DNA of 63,966 nt, counting the filler, from Octopus bimaculoides (lineage: Eukaryota), in assembly GCF_001194135.2 (NCBI RefSeq). It is 7 parts of 7 records of this genome, joined end to end, with 100 filler letters (N's around TTAATTAATTAA, not from the genome) between each part and the next. Parts side by side here need not be neighbours in the genome. Positions count along the whole stretch, not along the records: positions 50,001 to 57,593 come from NC_068997.1; positions 57,694 to 62,374 come from NW_026303121.1; positions 62,475 to 63,966 come from NW_026351367.1; 4 more parts are not named here. The stretch is one strand, 5' to 3'. Numbering within the stretch: the stretch's first letter is position 1; every line of letters starts with the position of its first letter. The position numbers and the translations under genes were made by a program. The notes under the pieces were generated by a model. That model was not told where the DNA came from. It saw only the letters and a list, made by a program, of their open reading frames with translations, and ran no database searches. Below, in pieces: positions 52,585-63,966 of this stretch.

Positions 52585-53012
52585 TCTTTTCTACTCTAGG
52601 CACAAGGCCCAAAATTTTGGGGGAGGGGGCCAGTGGATTAGATCGACCCCAGTACACAACTGGAACTGAATTTATCAACCCTGAAAGGATGAAAGGCAAA
52701 GTCGACCACAGAGAAATTTGAACTTAGAAAGCAAAGACATACAAAATACTTATTTCTTTATTGCCCACAAGGGGCTAAACATAGAGGGGACAAACAAGGA
52801 CAGACAAAGGGATTAAGTCGATTACATCGACCCCAGTGCGTAGTTGGTACTTAATTTATCGACCCCGAAAGGATGAAAGGCAAAGTCGGCCTCGGCGGAA
52901 TTTGAACTCAGAATGTAACAGCAGACGAAATACCGCTAAGCATTTCGCCTTGCGTGCTAACGTTTCTGCCAGCTCACTGCTAAGCGTTTTGCCGGGTGTG
53001 CTAACGTTTCTA
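52585..53012 (-). mobile_element. Nested SINE family A: alternative-tail copy inserted in the head of another copy
   Basis: Outer copy breaks at about 52748 and resumes at about 52981 (TAAGCGTTTTGCCGGGTGTGCTAACG). Confidence 0.85.
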
Positions 53013-53304
53013 AATATTAAAAATTAAAAAAATAAATTGCATAAAAGTGATCAAATATATCACATTAAAAAGATAGATTATAACTGATTGTTAACAAGTA
53101 ACAATAGATTTATTTCTCCATCAACAAAAAAATTACCCATTAATTGCTGACTGATAATTAGTCAATAATATGTTTATCTTTACACTTCATTTATTTTGTT
53201 GGTGCCCTTGAGAAAGGTCTAAATACCAAAGTCTCATTTTTTTTCTCTTCCTCAAATACGGGTACCTTTCTGACCAACTGAAACTGACATTTAGTTTATC
53301 TTTA

Positions 53305-53530
53305 AGGTGGTGAGCGGACAGCAATTATTATCATACCTGGTGAAATACTTAACAGCATTTCATCCATTTCCACGTTCTGGGTTCCAATTCTGCTGAGGTC
53401 AACTTTTCCTTTCATCCTTTCAGGGAGGTGGGGGTTTTGGGGAAATAAGTACCTGTTGAGTACTAGGGTCAATGTAATCGACATACTCACTGCTCTGAAA
53501 ATGCTGGCCTTGTGCCAAAATCTGAAACCA
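53305..53530 (+). mobile_element. SINE family A copy
   Basis: Head, B-box, core and tail. Confidence 0.8.
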
Positions 53531-53819
53531 ATATCTTACTTTATCTCTTCAACTACAAAATTGGCAAAACAAGTTCCTGGTGAAATGAAACAGTAACTCT
53601 GCTTCAACCTCCACAGATGCAACAATTTCACTTCGTTTCAAACGGACCAGTAACGATGCACTTCGGAAAAGAAGTTATGAACTTGGCGTTAGGAAGAGCA
53701 TCCAGCCATAGAAACCATGCCACAACAGACAATTACAGACTGGTCAGCACCGTGGCTGGCTAGCTCCATGTCAAACCATCCAACCCATGTCAGCATGGAA
53801 AACAGACATATGATGATGA

Positions 53820-53853
<34 letters not shown>

Positions 53854-55297
53854 GGTGGTGGTGGTGGTGGTGGTGGTGGTGGTGGTATTGATGATGAACA
53901 TCACAATCTCACATTTCTCCAGACTTCAAAATCTGGGGTTTTATGGTTATGAAGGAAATCACTGGTCTTAGTTACGTATCCCTTGTAAATTTTTTGTAAA
54001 CAGTGTCAGGACTGTATATATGTTGTGTGAGTGGGACTGTTTTGTGTCTCCTTGTCTTGACATTGCAGGCTGGTTGTAAATGAGTGTCACCATCATACAA
54101 GTAGTGTCATTCACTTACAATATTTTTATAAGAACATTTCTTGCCAAGGGAAAATATTACCTTGCTAGAAACAGGTGAGGGTTGGCAACAGGAAGGGCAT
54201 CCAGCCATGGAAAATCTTCCTGACCCATGCAAGCAGACATTAAATGATGATGACGAGTCAACAACTTGGTTTACCACATGGCCATTGATAGATGACTAGG
54301 TGACTAGCAAAGTTCATTGTGGTAAAAGGGATTGGTAATGTAATATTTAAATAAAAGATTTGTATGTGGGAATCAAAGTAAGTTGTGACTTTGTCAAGGT
54401 TTGCAAAGAGATTATCTGCTACCGTGCAGTACTCACCACATGTCGCCACATGGTGAATAGAAGTCAATGTAGATATGGGAATATCAAGTAACAATGATTT
54501 ACAATGGATTTTATTTCCTTTTCATAAAATTGATTAAAATGACCTTTTAGCTTTATTAGAGTAATGATTATGAAGCAAAATGGTTGCCATGTTGTAAATG
54601 AGGGCTGTAACTGTGCTTGTCCTTGTTTTTTGTATGGGTTAAATGGAGGAGAATCCATGTTGAGCAGCTTGGTGTAGGAAGGATGTCAAACTTGAAAACA
54701 TTACAAATGTTACATAGAAAAGTAGATACAAAAAGCAGTAAAAAAAAAAAAAAGAATGAAAGTAGTTTTCCTTTTACAGAAATAACTAAAAATATCTATA
54801 GCCTTCATACATACATAAATACATACATATATGAATATACATACACGTACATATATACATACATACACACAAAACACACAAAGAAAAGTATTTTTATAAT
54901 AATGAAAGGAAAGCAAAAAATTCACAGAAAGAAAGAAAAAGATTGCATTCAAACAGGTCATCCATGTAAACTGTGGTTTGTGGAAGACTATCAGAAAAGC
55001 ATAAGTTCACAATTATTAAAGAAAGCTGAATGAATGGAAGACTACTGTCTTCTTCTCCCAGTCAAAACAAGACAGAAAGCACTCACCCTGCTGGCTGACC
55101 TATATAAATAATAGGCTAATGGCTCAGCGGTAGAGAGTGTCAGTCTAAACTGGATAATTGCTTGAGCTGAAGTGACCTGCTTCAGTGAGGGACACAGGGC
55201 ACAGATTTAGTTTTTTTCAGTTAAGGTTGACTAAATCTTTTTTTTTTTGTTTTCTTTTTTTTGAGATTAGCAAATCTCAAAAAAGTGACTGTAAATA

Positions 55298-55565
55298 GGT
55301 GCAGGTGTGGCTGTGGCTGTGTGGTAAGAAATTTGCTTCACAACCACATGGTTCCAGGTTCAGCTCCACTGCATGGCATCTTGGGCAATTGTCTTCTACT
55401 ACAGCCTCCAGCCAACCAAAGCCTTGTGAGTGGATTTGGTAGGTGGAAACTGAAAGAAGCCCATTGTGTGCATGTGTGTGTGTGAGTGTGCACATGTGTG
55501 TGTGTGTGTGTGTGTGTAAGTGGTTTAGCAAAAGAGACCAATAGGATAAGCACCAAACTTTAAAA
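55298..55565 (+). mobile_element. SINE family B 5' two-thirds
   Basis: GCAGGTGTGGCTGTG..GTGGTAAG..GGTTCAGCTCC..TTGGGCAA..GAAACTGAAAGAAGCCC. Confidence 0.85.
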
Positions 55566-57366
55566 GATGTCCTATCTACTGAAGATGAGGTAGGACAATT
55601 GCTGTGCTGATGATACTTACTGAAGTAGAAAAAAATATCCACAGCTGGACATGTTTCTGCTTCCATAAGCATCATCAGAACAGCGATTGCCCTATCTTAT
55701 CTTCAGCACATACGAAAAAATAGGTAAAATATATTTCCCTATCACCATTATCATCATTTTACATTTACAAAGTGAGGGAAGGAGGAGAGAGATAAGAACT
55801 GAAGAAGGAAGGTAGATAGAGCCAATACCCCCAAACAAGACAGAATATGAAAAGGTAAGGAGTTCATAGTAACATGAAAGAATAGGTCCAAAATAGTCAT
55901 CAAGGACAGGTGAAAAAGAAAATCTGTAGTTCTGTGGAAATCAATTAATTGCTGAGAAAAATATGGGATTTTAGTTCACAGGTGATCTAAATGACGAGGT
56001 ATGCTGGGTAAGTGCTGTAAAATTACCAGGGCTCCACGAATATTTACACTACGTAGGCTTTTAATCATTCCTGGATTTACATAGGACAGTACCCAAAGAC
56101 TTATGGACTAGCATCTACACTATTGGAAACTTGAACTGTAAACCTTTATGCTTCTTTTTTCTTCACTTCTTTATTTCTTTTTTCTCCAGTTTTTTATTTC
56201 AGCATCTCCTTAACCTATACCCTTCACAGTTTTCCTATTTGTCTCTGATGACGGAATATCCCATATTCCCCTCATTTGTATAATCATCGAACTTGGAGCT
56301 TAACTATAGTCTGTCCATAGCACTTACTCAGTATTAGCAGACACCTTTGGGCCTTCTTGACACCATTATCTCTCATACTCTATATATATACATACACACA
56401 CACACACCAATGATGGGGCCTTGTTTCTTTTCTATTGGAGATCTCTTCTTTTCTGTCTTGTAACTTACTTGGCAACCGCAGTGGTATGAAAAAAAGCACC
56501 TAGGACATAACTCTAAGGTGGTTGGCATTAGGAAGGGCATTAAGCTATAGAGAAGATGCCAAAGCTGATAATAGAATGTGCAGCTCTGGAGCTTGCCAGA
56601 TCATGTTAAATTGTCCAACCCATGCTAGCATAGAAAATGGTGTTAAATGATGATGATGATGATGATGGTGATGATGATAATTGGACATGGACATGCACAA
56701 ACATGCAGGCCTGTACGGGGGTATCATTTCTTTTTACTTTAAGGAATTGTTATGTCAAATAAAAGCATAACATAATGAGAGTGTAGCATATTTTTGATAA
56801 TTTTTCAGTAGTGTTAAAATACATGTACACGTTTTTTTGTAGTGAATTTTTAACATCATGTGACCTCAAAGAGCACCAAGAAAAGATTAAAAAATATTTT
56901 TATATTTTCACAAAACTATATGGATAATTTCAACACTAAGTTTAGATAATGAGTGAGGAATACCATAAATACAGATATTTGGGACATTTATTTACGTTAT
57001 TTTAATAGTAGAATTGCAAGTAAAATTTCTAACAAAACATCAAAAAAAAACTTACTAGAAATAATTCACAAACATGTTTTCAATGCAAGATTACACACAC
57101 ACACACACACACATGGACATGTAATTGTTTGTCACAACAAGAACTACATACGCATCATAAATAACATTTCTACGATTTTTGTATTGGCTGATTTCTTTAA
57201 AATTATAAACCTCAGCAATGTAAGCCATAAGTAAATATTATCAAAACTAGATTTAGATCGAAAAATCTCTTTGAGTTTCAAGATTATACAATATTTTCTT
57301 CATTCACTATTATTTTCTTGGAAAAAAAACACAAAAAGTTAAATCAAGTAATTACAGCATATATAT

Positions 57367-57412
<46 letters not shown>

Positions 57413-58112
57413 CAATGATAGCAATTCTGTGTTCTTCCATTTTGGATGGGTAAGTTTTCTTTTTTTGCCTATTTGTTTTTAAATTTACGGTAAACATCAC
57501 CAAGAATTCAATATCCATTATTTTATGCTTGCCTGAATTCCTAAGTTATCTAGATGCACAGATACATATATTTCACTTATAAATACATATATGNNNNNNN
57601 NNNNNNNNNNNNNNNNNNNNNNNNNNNNNNNNNNNNNTTAATTAATTAANNNNNNNNNNNNNNNNNNNNNNNNNNNNNNNNNNNNNNNNNNNNAAAAAAA
57701 AAATAATAATATTAAATAAGACACAAACAAACTGAGGAATAACGTAAAATGAAAGAGAGAGGGGGAGAGATATATAACGTGACAATATGGCCGATGAGAT
57801 TGAGAAAACGGACGCCATTTTTCAATATGGTCGTCGTGGTCTAAGAAGAAGCATAATAAAAATAAAAAGAAAAAGGAAAAGGAAAAAAAAAAGGAGGAGA
57901 GAAACAAGCAAATAAGTAAATATTCTTAATGAAGAGGTGTTAATGGTGCGTCACAGTTTTTATATACACACAACACGAATAAATATGTGCAGGTATGTGT
58001 ATATGAATACATGTATGTATGTATATATATATATATTTCTGTGTGTTAATATGTGCATGTCTTGTATAATTATTTTCACACAAATGTATACATACATGTG
58101 CATACATATGTG

Positions 58113-58149
<37 letters not shown>

Positions 58150-58458
58150 TTACAGATTTGTGTGTATACAAATACTGTAATTATATTTAGCACACACTTA
58201 TGCGTATATGGAAATGTATATCCGTATGCACATGCATGCATACATATATACATACACTCAAACACATTTATGTATATAAGTTCACATATCTACAAACGCA
58301 CATACTCAAACACAGTCATATATATATGCGCTTGTGCATGCATGCATATATATATACATACATATATATATATATGTGTGTGTGTAAGTTTGCGTCGTAT
58401 AATTATCTACGCTCACACACACGCGCTCATGCATATGTACTCTTCTCTCTGAACATAC

Positions 58459-58509
<51 letters not shown>

Positions 58510-59218
58510 CACGCACACATACGTACATACATAGACACACACACACATATACATATTTAAATATATCACAGATTTTTATTGTGCTTATATAGTCGGAGAC
58601 ATGCAAATATCTTCCATGTACAGTTAGATATAAACAAGTATAAGTTACAAATAGATATACGTGTACATATGTATATTATATATCTATATATATATATAAA
58701 GACACGCGCACGCACACACATATATATATATATTTCTGTGTATATACATACATATTTATTTATATATATCTATATACATTTCTTTTTATACCTTCGAATG
58801 TAATCTTATCCTTATGCATCTGCGTTCATTTATGGCGGCACGGATTTTTTTTTTTTTATTATTATTTCCACGCGTTGTTCTCCAAGTTTTCGACGATGGC
58901 GGTGACAAAACATATCATGCCGTTGATGAAGATGATGATGAAGATGATGGTGATGGTGGTGGTGGTGATGGTTGTGTTGGCGGCGCGTAAAAGTCATCCG
59001 AGTTTAATGATATAGACAGGTACAGATTTACATGTAACAAAATGGACGTTCATTACATTACGTTTTATAATCACAGGATGGAAAAGAACAGACGTTGCGC
59101 ACAGCCAATGGTGGAGCGGACTCGTATGAAGGAGCTAGACTAGGCATGCTAAAAATATCAGCCAAATACCCGCGTCAGATCACATCCTTCTGTCTTGTGT
59201 GTGTGTGTGAATGTTTGA

Positions 59219-59300
59219 GGCTCTGATGAAGCTATAAGGTGTTATTCAGACGCACCACTATTAGTCCATTGCTTCTTTTTTGTGGAAACAGCTGTAAGCT
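59219..59300 (+). ncRNA. Hammerhead-like motif with long, imperfect stem II
   Basis: GGCT CTGATGA ...55 nt... GAA ACAGCTGT A AGCT: stem I 4 bp, 8-nt palindromic stem III, GUA site. Confidence 0.45.
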
Positions 59301-60125
59301 AATGAAATTCATAAGACAATCGCGTATTACCAAAGATCGGCCTTTTCCGTAAAAAGTGTCTTCGGCGATCTTTACCAAAGATCGGCCTTTTCCGTAAAAA
59401 GTGTTGGCAGGAAAGAGGGAAACGACGTCGTAAAAGCGAAACAGATAGAGAGAGTGCGATTTCTTTTGAAATGGTTAGGGTTAGGGTTACGGAATTCCGT
59501 CCCTAACCGTAACCGTAACCCTAAAACCTAACATCCTAGTGAAGATCGTGCGGGTGTTAATCTGAAAAATTACCGGAAATAAAAATAATTTCAGTTATCT
59601 ATCTCTCTTTCTTTCTCTCTCTCCCTCCCTCTCTCACACACATACACACACCNNNNNNNNNNNNNNNNNNNNNNNNNNNNNNNNNNNNNNNNNNNNNNNN
59701 NNNNNNNNNNNNNNNNNNNNNNNNNNNNNNNNNNNNNNNNNNNNNNNNNNNNNNNNNNNNNNNNNNNNNNNNNNNNNNNNNNNNNNNNNNNNNNNNNNNN
59801 NNNNNNNNNNNNNNNNNNNNNNNNNNNNNNNNNNNNNNNNNNNNNNNNNNNNNNNNNNNNNNNNNNNNNNNNNNNNNNNNNNNNNNNNNNNNNNNNNNNN
59901 NNNNNNNNNNNNNNNNNNNNNNNNNNNNNNNNNNNNNNNNNNNNNNNNNNNNNNNNNNNNNNNNNNNNNNNNNNNNNNNNNNNNNNNNNNNNNNNNNNNN
60001 NNNNNNNNNNNNNNNNNNNNNNNNNNNNNNNNNNNNNNNNNNNNNNNNNNNNNNNNNNNNNNNNNNNNNNNNNNNNNNNNNNNNNNNNNNNNNNNNNNNN
60101 GATAAGAAAGTTAGTATAAGATGAG

Positions 60126-60359
60126 TTATTTCTTTACTACCCACAAGGGGCTACACACAGAGGGGACAAACAAGGACAGACAAACGGATTAAGTCGATTA
60201 TATCGACCCCAGTACGTAACTGGTACTTATTTGATCGATCCCGAAAGGATGAAAGGCAAAGTCGACCTCGGCGGAATTTGAACTCAGAACGTAGCGGCAG
60301 ACGAAATACCGCTAAGCATTTCGCCTGGTGTGCTAACGTTTCTGCCAGTTCGCCGCCTT
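60126..60359 (-). mobile_element. Young, near-complete SINE family A (alternative tail) with GATGAGT TSD
   Basis: Complete head to tail; GATGAGT on both flanks. Confidence 0.92.
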
Positions 60360-61710
60360 GATGAGTGAAGGGCGATCCTGAAAAAATACGAAGTCTTGTG
60401 GCCGTTTCGGGAAGATATAAGTCGGCATGAGCGAGCTAATTCCAATCATAGCAATTATCTATAATTCTCTCATCAGAGTTAACAGATTCAAAGAGTTCTT
60501 AGAATTTTAAGAGACATGAAAGATTTGGGAATTTTTTTTTAAATAACGAATGCTTTGTCCGGACCATAGTGTTCATGCGGATAATATAATTAGAATTAAA
60601 TTTCGTTTTTTATTGCCCACAAGGGGCCGACAAAGAGGGGGTTAACACAAACATGTGGGGACACATAATACAAAATAGTTATAATAAAATTCAAATAAAA
60701 TTATAAATACGATAATATGAATAACGAAAATGAGAAAATGTGGTGATTGTTCCACTTGAAGCAACGTCACTTACTTTTAACTTGGGCTTGTCTTTAACAC
60801 ATCCAAACAATGATTGTCTGTTAGTTCTTTATAACCAATATTGTCCTTTATTGTTTTTTAAGTCTGCATCAATTATCCAGTATTTGTAACCTTTTTTTTT
60901 TTTTACATATATGTTTCTTAACTTCATCCATTTGTGGAAGTAGCACGCATTTCCGAAAGTAGCACGCATGCGTGTCACCCTAATATATTTTGCACATCCG
61001 TTTACGTTAACGAATTTTGGTAGTTTTCCATTCCGTTACCTTATTCGCTAATTCTAATTGTTTTTTATTACCAATAAAAAGACTACACGTAGATATGCCC
61101 CACGACAGATGGCAAACATTAAAGACAATACAAAACCCGACAAATATAAACTCGGGGAACAAAATTAACAAAAAATGGTTGAGATTCAAAGAAAANNNNN
61201 NNNNNNNNNNNNNNNNNNNNNNNNNNNNNNNNNNNNNNNNNNNNNNNNNNNNNNNNNNNNNNNNNNNNNNNNNNNNNNNNNNNNNNNNNNNNNNNNNNNN
61301 NNNNNNNNNNNNNNNNNNNNNNNNNNNNNNNNNNNNNNNNNNNNNNNNNNNNNNNNNNNNNNNNNNNNNNNNNNNNNNNNNNNNNNNNNNNNNNNNNNNN
61401 NNNNNNNNNNNNNNNNNNNNNNNNNNNNNNNNNNNNNNNNNNNNNNNNNNNNNNNNNNNNNNNNNNNNNNNNNNNNNNNNNNNNNNNNNNNNNNNNNNNN
61501 NNNNNNNNNNNNNTCTCTTTTTGGATTGTGTAAGAGGGAGATGGGTGGGTTGGGTTGGGTTGGGGTTCCACATCGCACTGATTCATTCTTTCACATAATA
61601 CACTTAGAATTAAGTAACCGGTTACGACGCAATGTACTATATAGTATTTTAAGACGAATCAAAAAAAAAAAAGAGGGGTGACTAGATTAAAATCCTACAG
61701 GCTAATTATT

Positions 61711-62050
61711 TCAGAGGAAGAGTTTAAAAATTGAAAAATATTTATGTCTACAGGTAATTATGATGTCAGATATCTTATTAAGTAAGCCTTTTTTATTGGC
61801 ACGAAGTTTGTGGAACGCCTCCATCGTGCAGAAATTACAATTTTTAGTGTGTGTATTATATGGTGTGGTTTCCGTTTTGATAGACCAATCTAGACTAAAT
61901 TCTTTATTGTGCCTTTTTAATTTATTAACGTGCACAGCCAGTGTGGTTCGATTCGTAGTTCCGTGATTGGTAAATGAATTTGTGTATGCCCTATATCTAA
62001 TCTTAAAATCAGTCGTACTTCCTATGTAAGTGTTTTTAGATTCATTAAGG
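61711..62050 (-). mobile_element. Penelope-like retroelement GIY-YIG endonuclease C-terminus
   Basis: TYIGSTTDFKIRY..SF...TTLAVHV.KLK....LDWSI...Y....CNFCTME...LLNK.....CRH. Confidence 0.88.
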
Positions 62051-62091
62051 ATTGAAGCATATACATACATGTATATATGTACGTAAGTATA

Positions 62092-62374
62092 TTGCGTCAT
62101 CCCATAAATAATGCGGTTTTTTTTAATAGGTGTTTCATTTTTCAGAATTAAGATACACAAAGTTCTTTTTTAATCTAAAATATACTCTCCTTCACTTTCT
62201 ACGATGCTCTTCCATCTATCGGGTAGACTTGCAAAGCCCCTCTTCCTAAATTCACTTGTCCGTGACGAAAAATACTCCTCCAGTACTGTTCTGACTTCGT
62301 CTACAGAATTCATATTTTTTCCATCTAAATGATTTTGAAGACTGCAGAATAAATGATAATCAGATGGGGCAATG
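62092..62374 (-). mobile_element. Mariner 3' end with TIR, inserted at TA
   Basis: IAPSDYHLFCSLQNHLDGKNMNSVDEVRTVLEEYFSSRTSEFRKRGFASLPDRWKSIVESEGEYILD*; TA followed by TIR-like TTGCGTCATCCCATAAATAATGCGG at 62092-62116. Confidence 0.9.
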
Positions 62375-62474
62375 NNNNNNNNNNNNNNNNNNNNNNNNNN
62401 NNNNNNNNNNNNNNNNNNTTAATTAATTAANNNNNNNNNNNNNNNNNNNNNNNNNNNNNNNNNNNNNNNNNNNN

Positions 62475-62523
<49 letters not shown>

Positions 62524-62819
62524 AATATATAGATGTATATATATATAGATATAGATATATAGATGTATAATGGGCGTGCGTGTATAGGGTCTAAAGTCGT
62601 CCAAAAGTCACTGAAGGGTTGTAATCTTTGATAATTCTTTTATTTTTTTTTACCTATTTTTTTACTTTTCGGAGATTTTATGGACTAGTTCCTGGAAATT
62701 AATCTAGTTCCTGGGAAAATATGGCACAGCAGAACGCACCTAAGGGGTGAAATTGTTCTATCAAAATTAGGGTTCAATTATTCAAACCCAGAAAGCCCCA
62801 AAAAGAATTGCACTCCATA

Positions 62820-62893
62820 AAGTTTCGGCCTTCTAACCCATCATCGGATGACGTTTGCCCGACGATGGCTTAACCGGCCGAAACTTCGAAGTC
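62820..62893. ncRNA. Inverted pair of hammerhead-like cores forming a 28-bp hairpin
   Basis: Plus strand: CCGACGA T GGC-7nt-GCC GAA ACTTCGAAGT C. Minus strand: CCGATGA T GG..CC GAAAC. Confidence 0.45.
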
Positions 62894-63092
62894 ACTATTT
62901 GTAATAATTGTTGTTTTAGAATAATAATTTGCACTCTACAAATGTATAGAGTAACCCATCAGATGAATGAAAAATTGCTTTTATTTTTTTTGTAACTGAA
63001 CATAAAAACGAACAGTAACACACAGACACACACACATGCATACATGCATACATACACTCATACATACATACATACATACATACATACATACA

Positions 63093-63123
<31 letters not shown>

Positions 63124-63330
63124 GGAACACCTGTAATTAATGTGATTGTCATTAAAATATTTCACATAAATATTAAAAGTATAAATGTTTGTTTCTTGTA
63201 AAAATATGACACTGTACACTTTCTCTCATATAATTATTTCCTTATTAACCACATAGGGTTTACATTAAAAAATCATTCTGGACATCACATGACATATAGA
63301 ATTTGGGGTTACATTTAACTCGTATACACA

Positions 63331-63433
63331 ATGAAAGACAATCGATTATTACAACAAAATTCCCCAAAAGAAGGAAACCTTCTAGGACTGCACGTGGAAA
63401 CTCCACAGTTGCACGACAGTCCTGAGCACCAGG
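63331..63433 (+). CDS. Candidate first coding exon of an unknown gene
   Basis: ATG with A at -3 after an in-frame stop; MKDNRLLQQNSPKEGNLLGLHVETPQLHDSPEHQ then CAGG|GTAAGC donor; non-repetitive; no homology recognised. Confidence 0.3.
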
Positions 63434-63918
63434 GTAAGCACGTTATACGCTTTTGCACGTTTCATTCGTGATGAGTATTTCCTATAACATGATATATAGA
63501 CATGACACAGGCACCAACTTATATCTGCATGTATATGTATATATGTGTATGTGCATGTTCATGTGTGTGTGTACATGTGTGTGTGTACATGTGTGTGTGT
63601 AAACTGAAGGTTAGTTAACACTTTTTTAGTGGAGGACATATTTAACTTTTACAAAGGCTTCCCATCTTAAATCTGCTGGGAGTGTGTACGTGTGTGTATG
63701 TGTGTGTATGTGTGTGTGTGTGGGTGTATGTGTGCGTGCGTGTATTTATAACACATACTTTCGTTGTTGTATATGAGAGTAAGTAAAAGGAGATGTGTGT
63801 ATGTATACAGATGTGTATCGTAAACTAGAAATCTCATAATTTCTAGTGAAATCATATGTGTGTGTGTGTATGTGTGTGCGTGCGTGTGTGTGCGTGTGTG
63901 TGCGTGCGTGTGTGTATC

Positions 63919-63966
<48 letters not shown>

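Noticed and set aside
54945-55010. VYMDDL motif on the minus strand
   Set aside because: Short frame with no other RT context.
55110-55160. tRNA gene (TGGCTCAGCGGTAGAG A-box)
   Set aside because: No B-box or cloverleaf; at most a SINE-head relic.
61711-62160. 149-aa ORF as a single protein
   Set aside because: Chimeric: mariner TIR region and TA microsatellite fused in frame to a Penelope GIY-YIG fragment.

Overview
AT-rich, microsatellite-dense animal genomic DNA with many assembly gaps. The repeat content suggests an octopus (inferred, not verified). I find no confidently supportable host gene, and nearly all ORF-track entries are microsatellite or gap read-through. The window is mostly mobile-element relics: a decayed DD37D (maT) mariner and a mariner 3' end; R4/Dong, CR1, RTE and HERO-like non-LTR fragments; two Helitrons with intact ends, one carrying a PIF1 helicase fragment; Penelope-like pieces (GIY-YIG ORF, inverted pseudo-LTR); a probable solo LTR; and dozens of tRNA-derived SINEs of two families. 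The most interesting signals are (i) several minimal hammerhead ribozyme motifs, one back-to-back with a tRNA-like Pol III unit, (ii) SINE copies stacked serially at one site and separated by a constant ~18-bp spacer, and (iii) Dong-like LINE ends at (TAA)n tracts. The TTAATTAATTAA islands inside N-runs are scaffolding artefacts. All calls were made by eye; boundaries are approximate.
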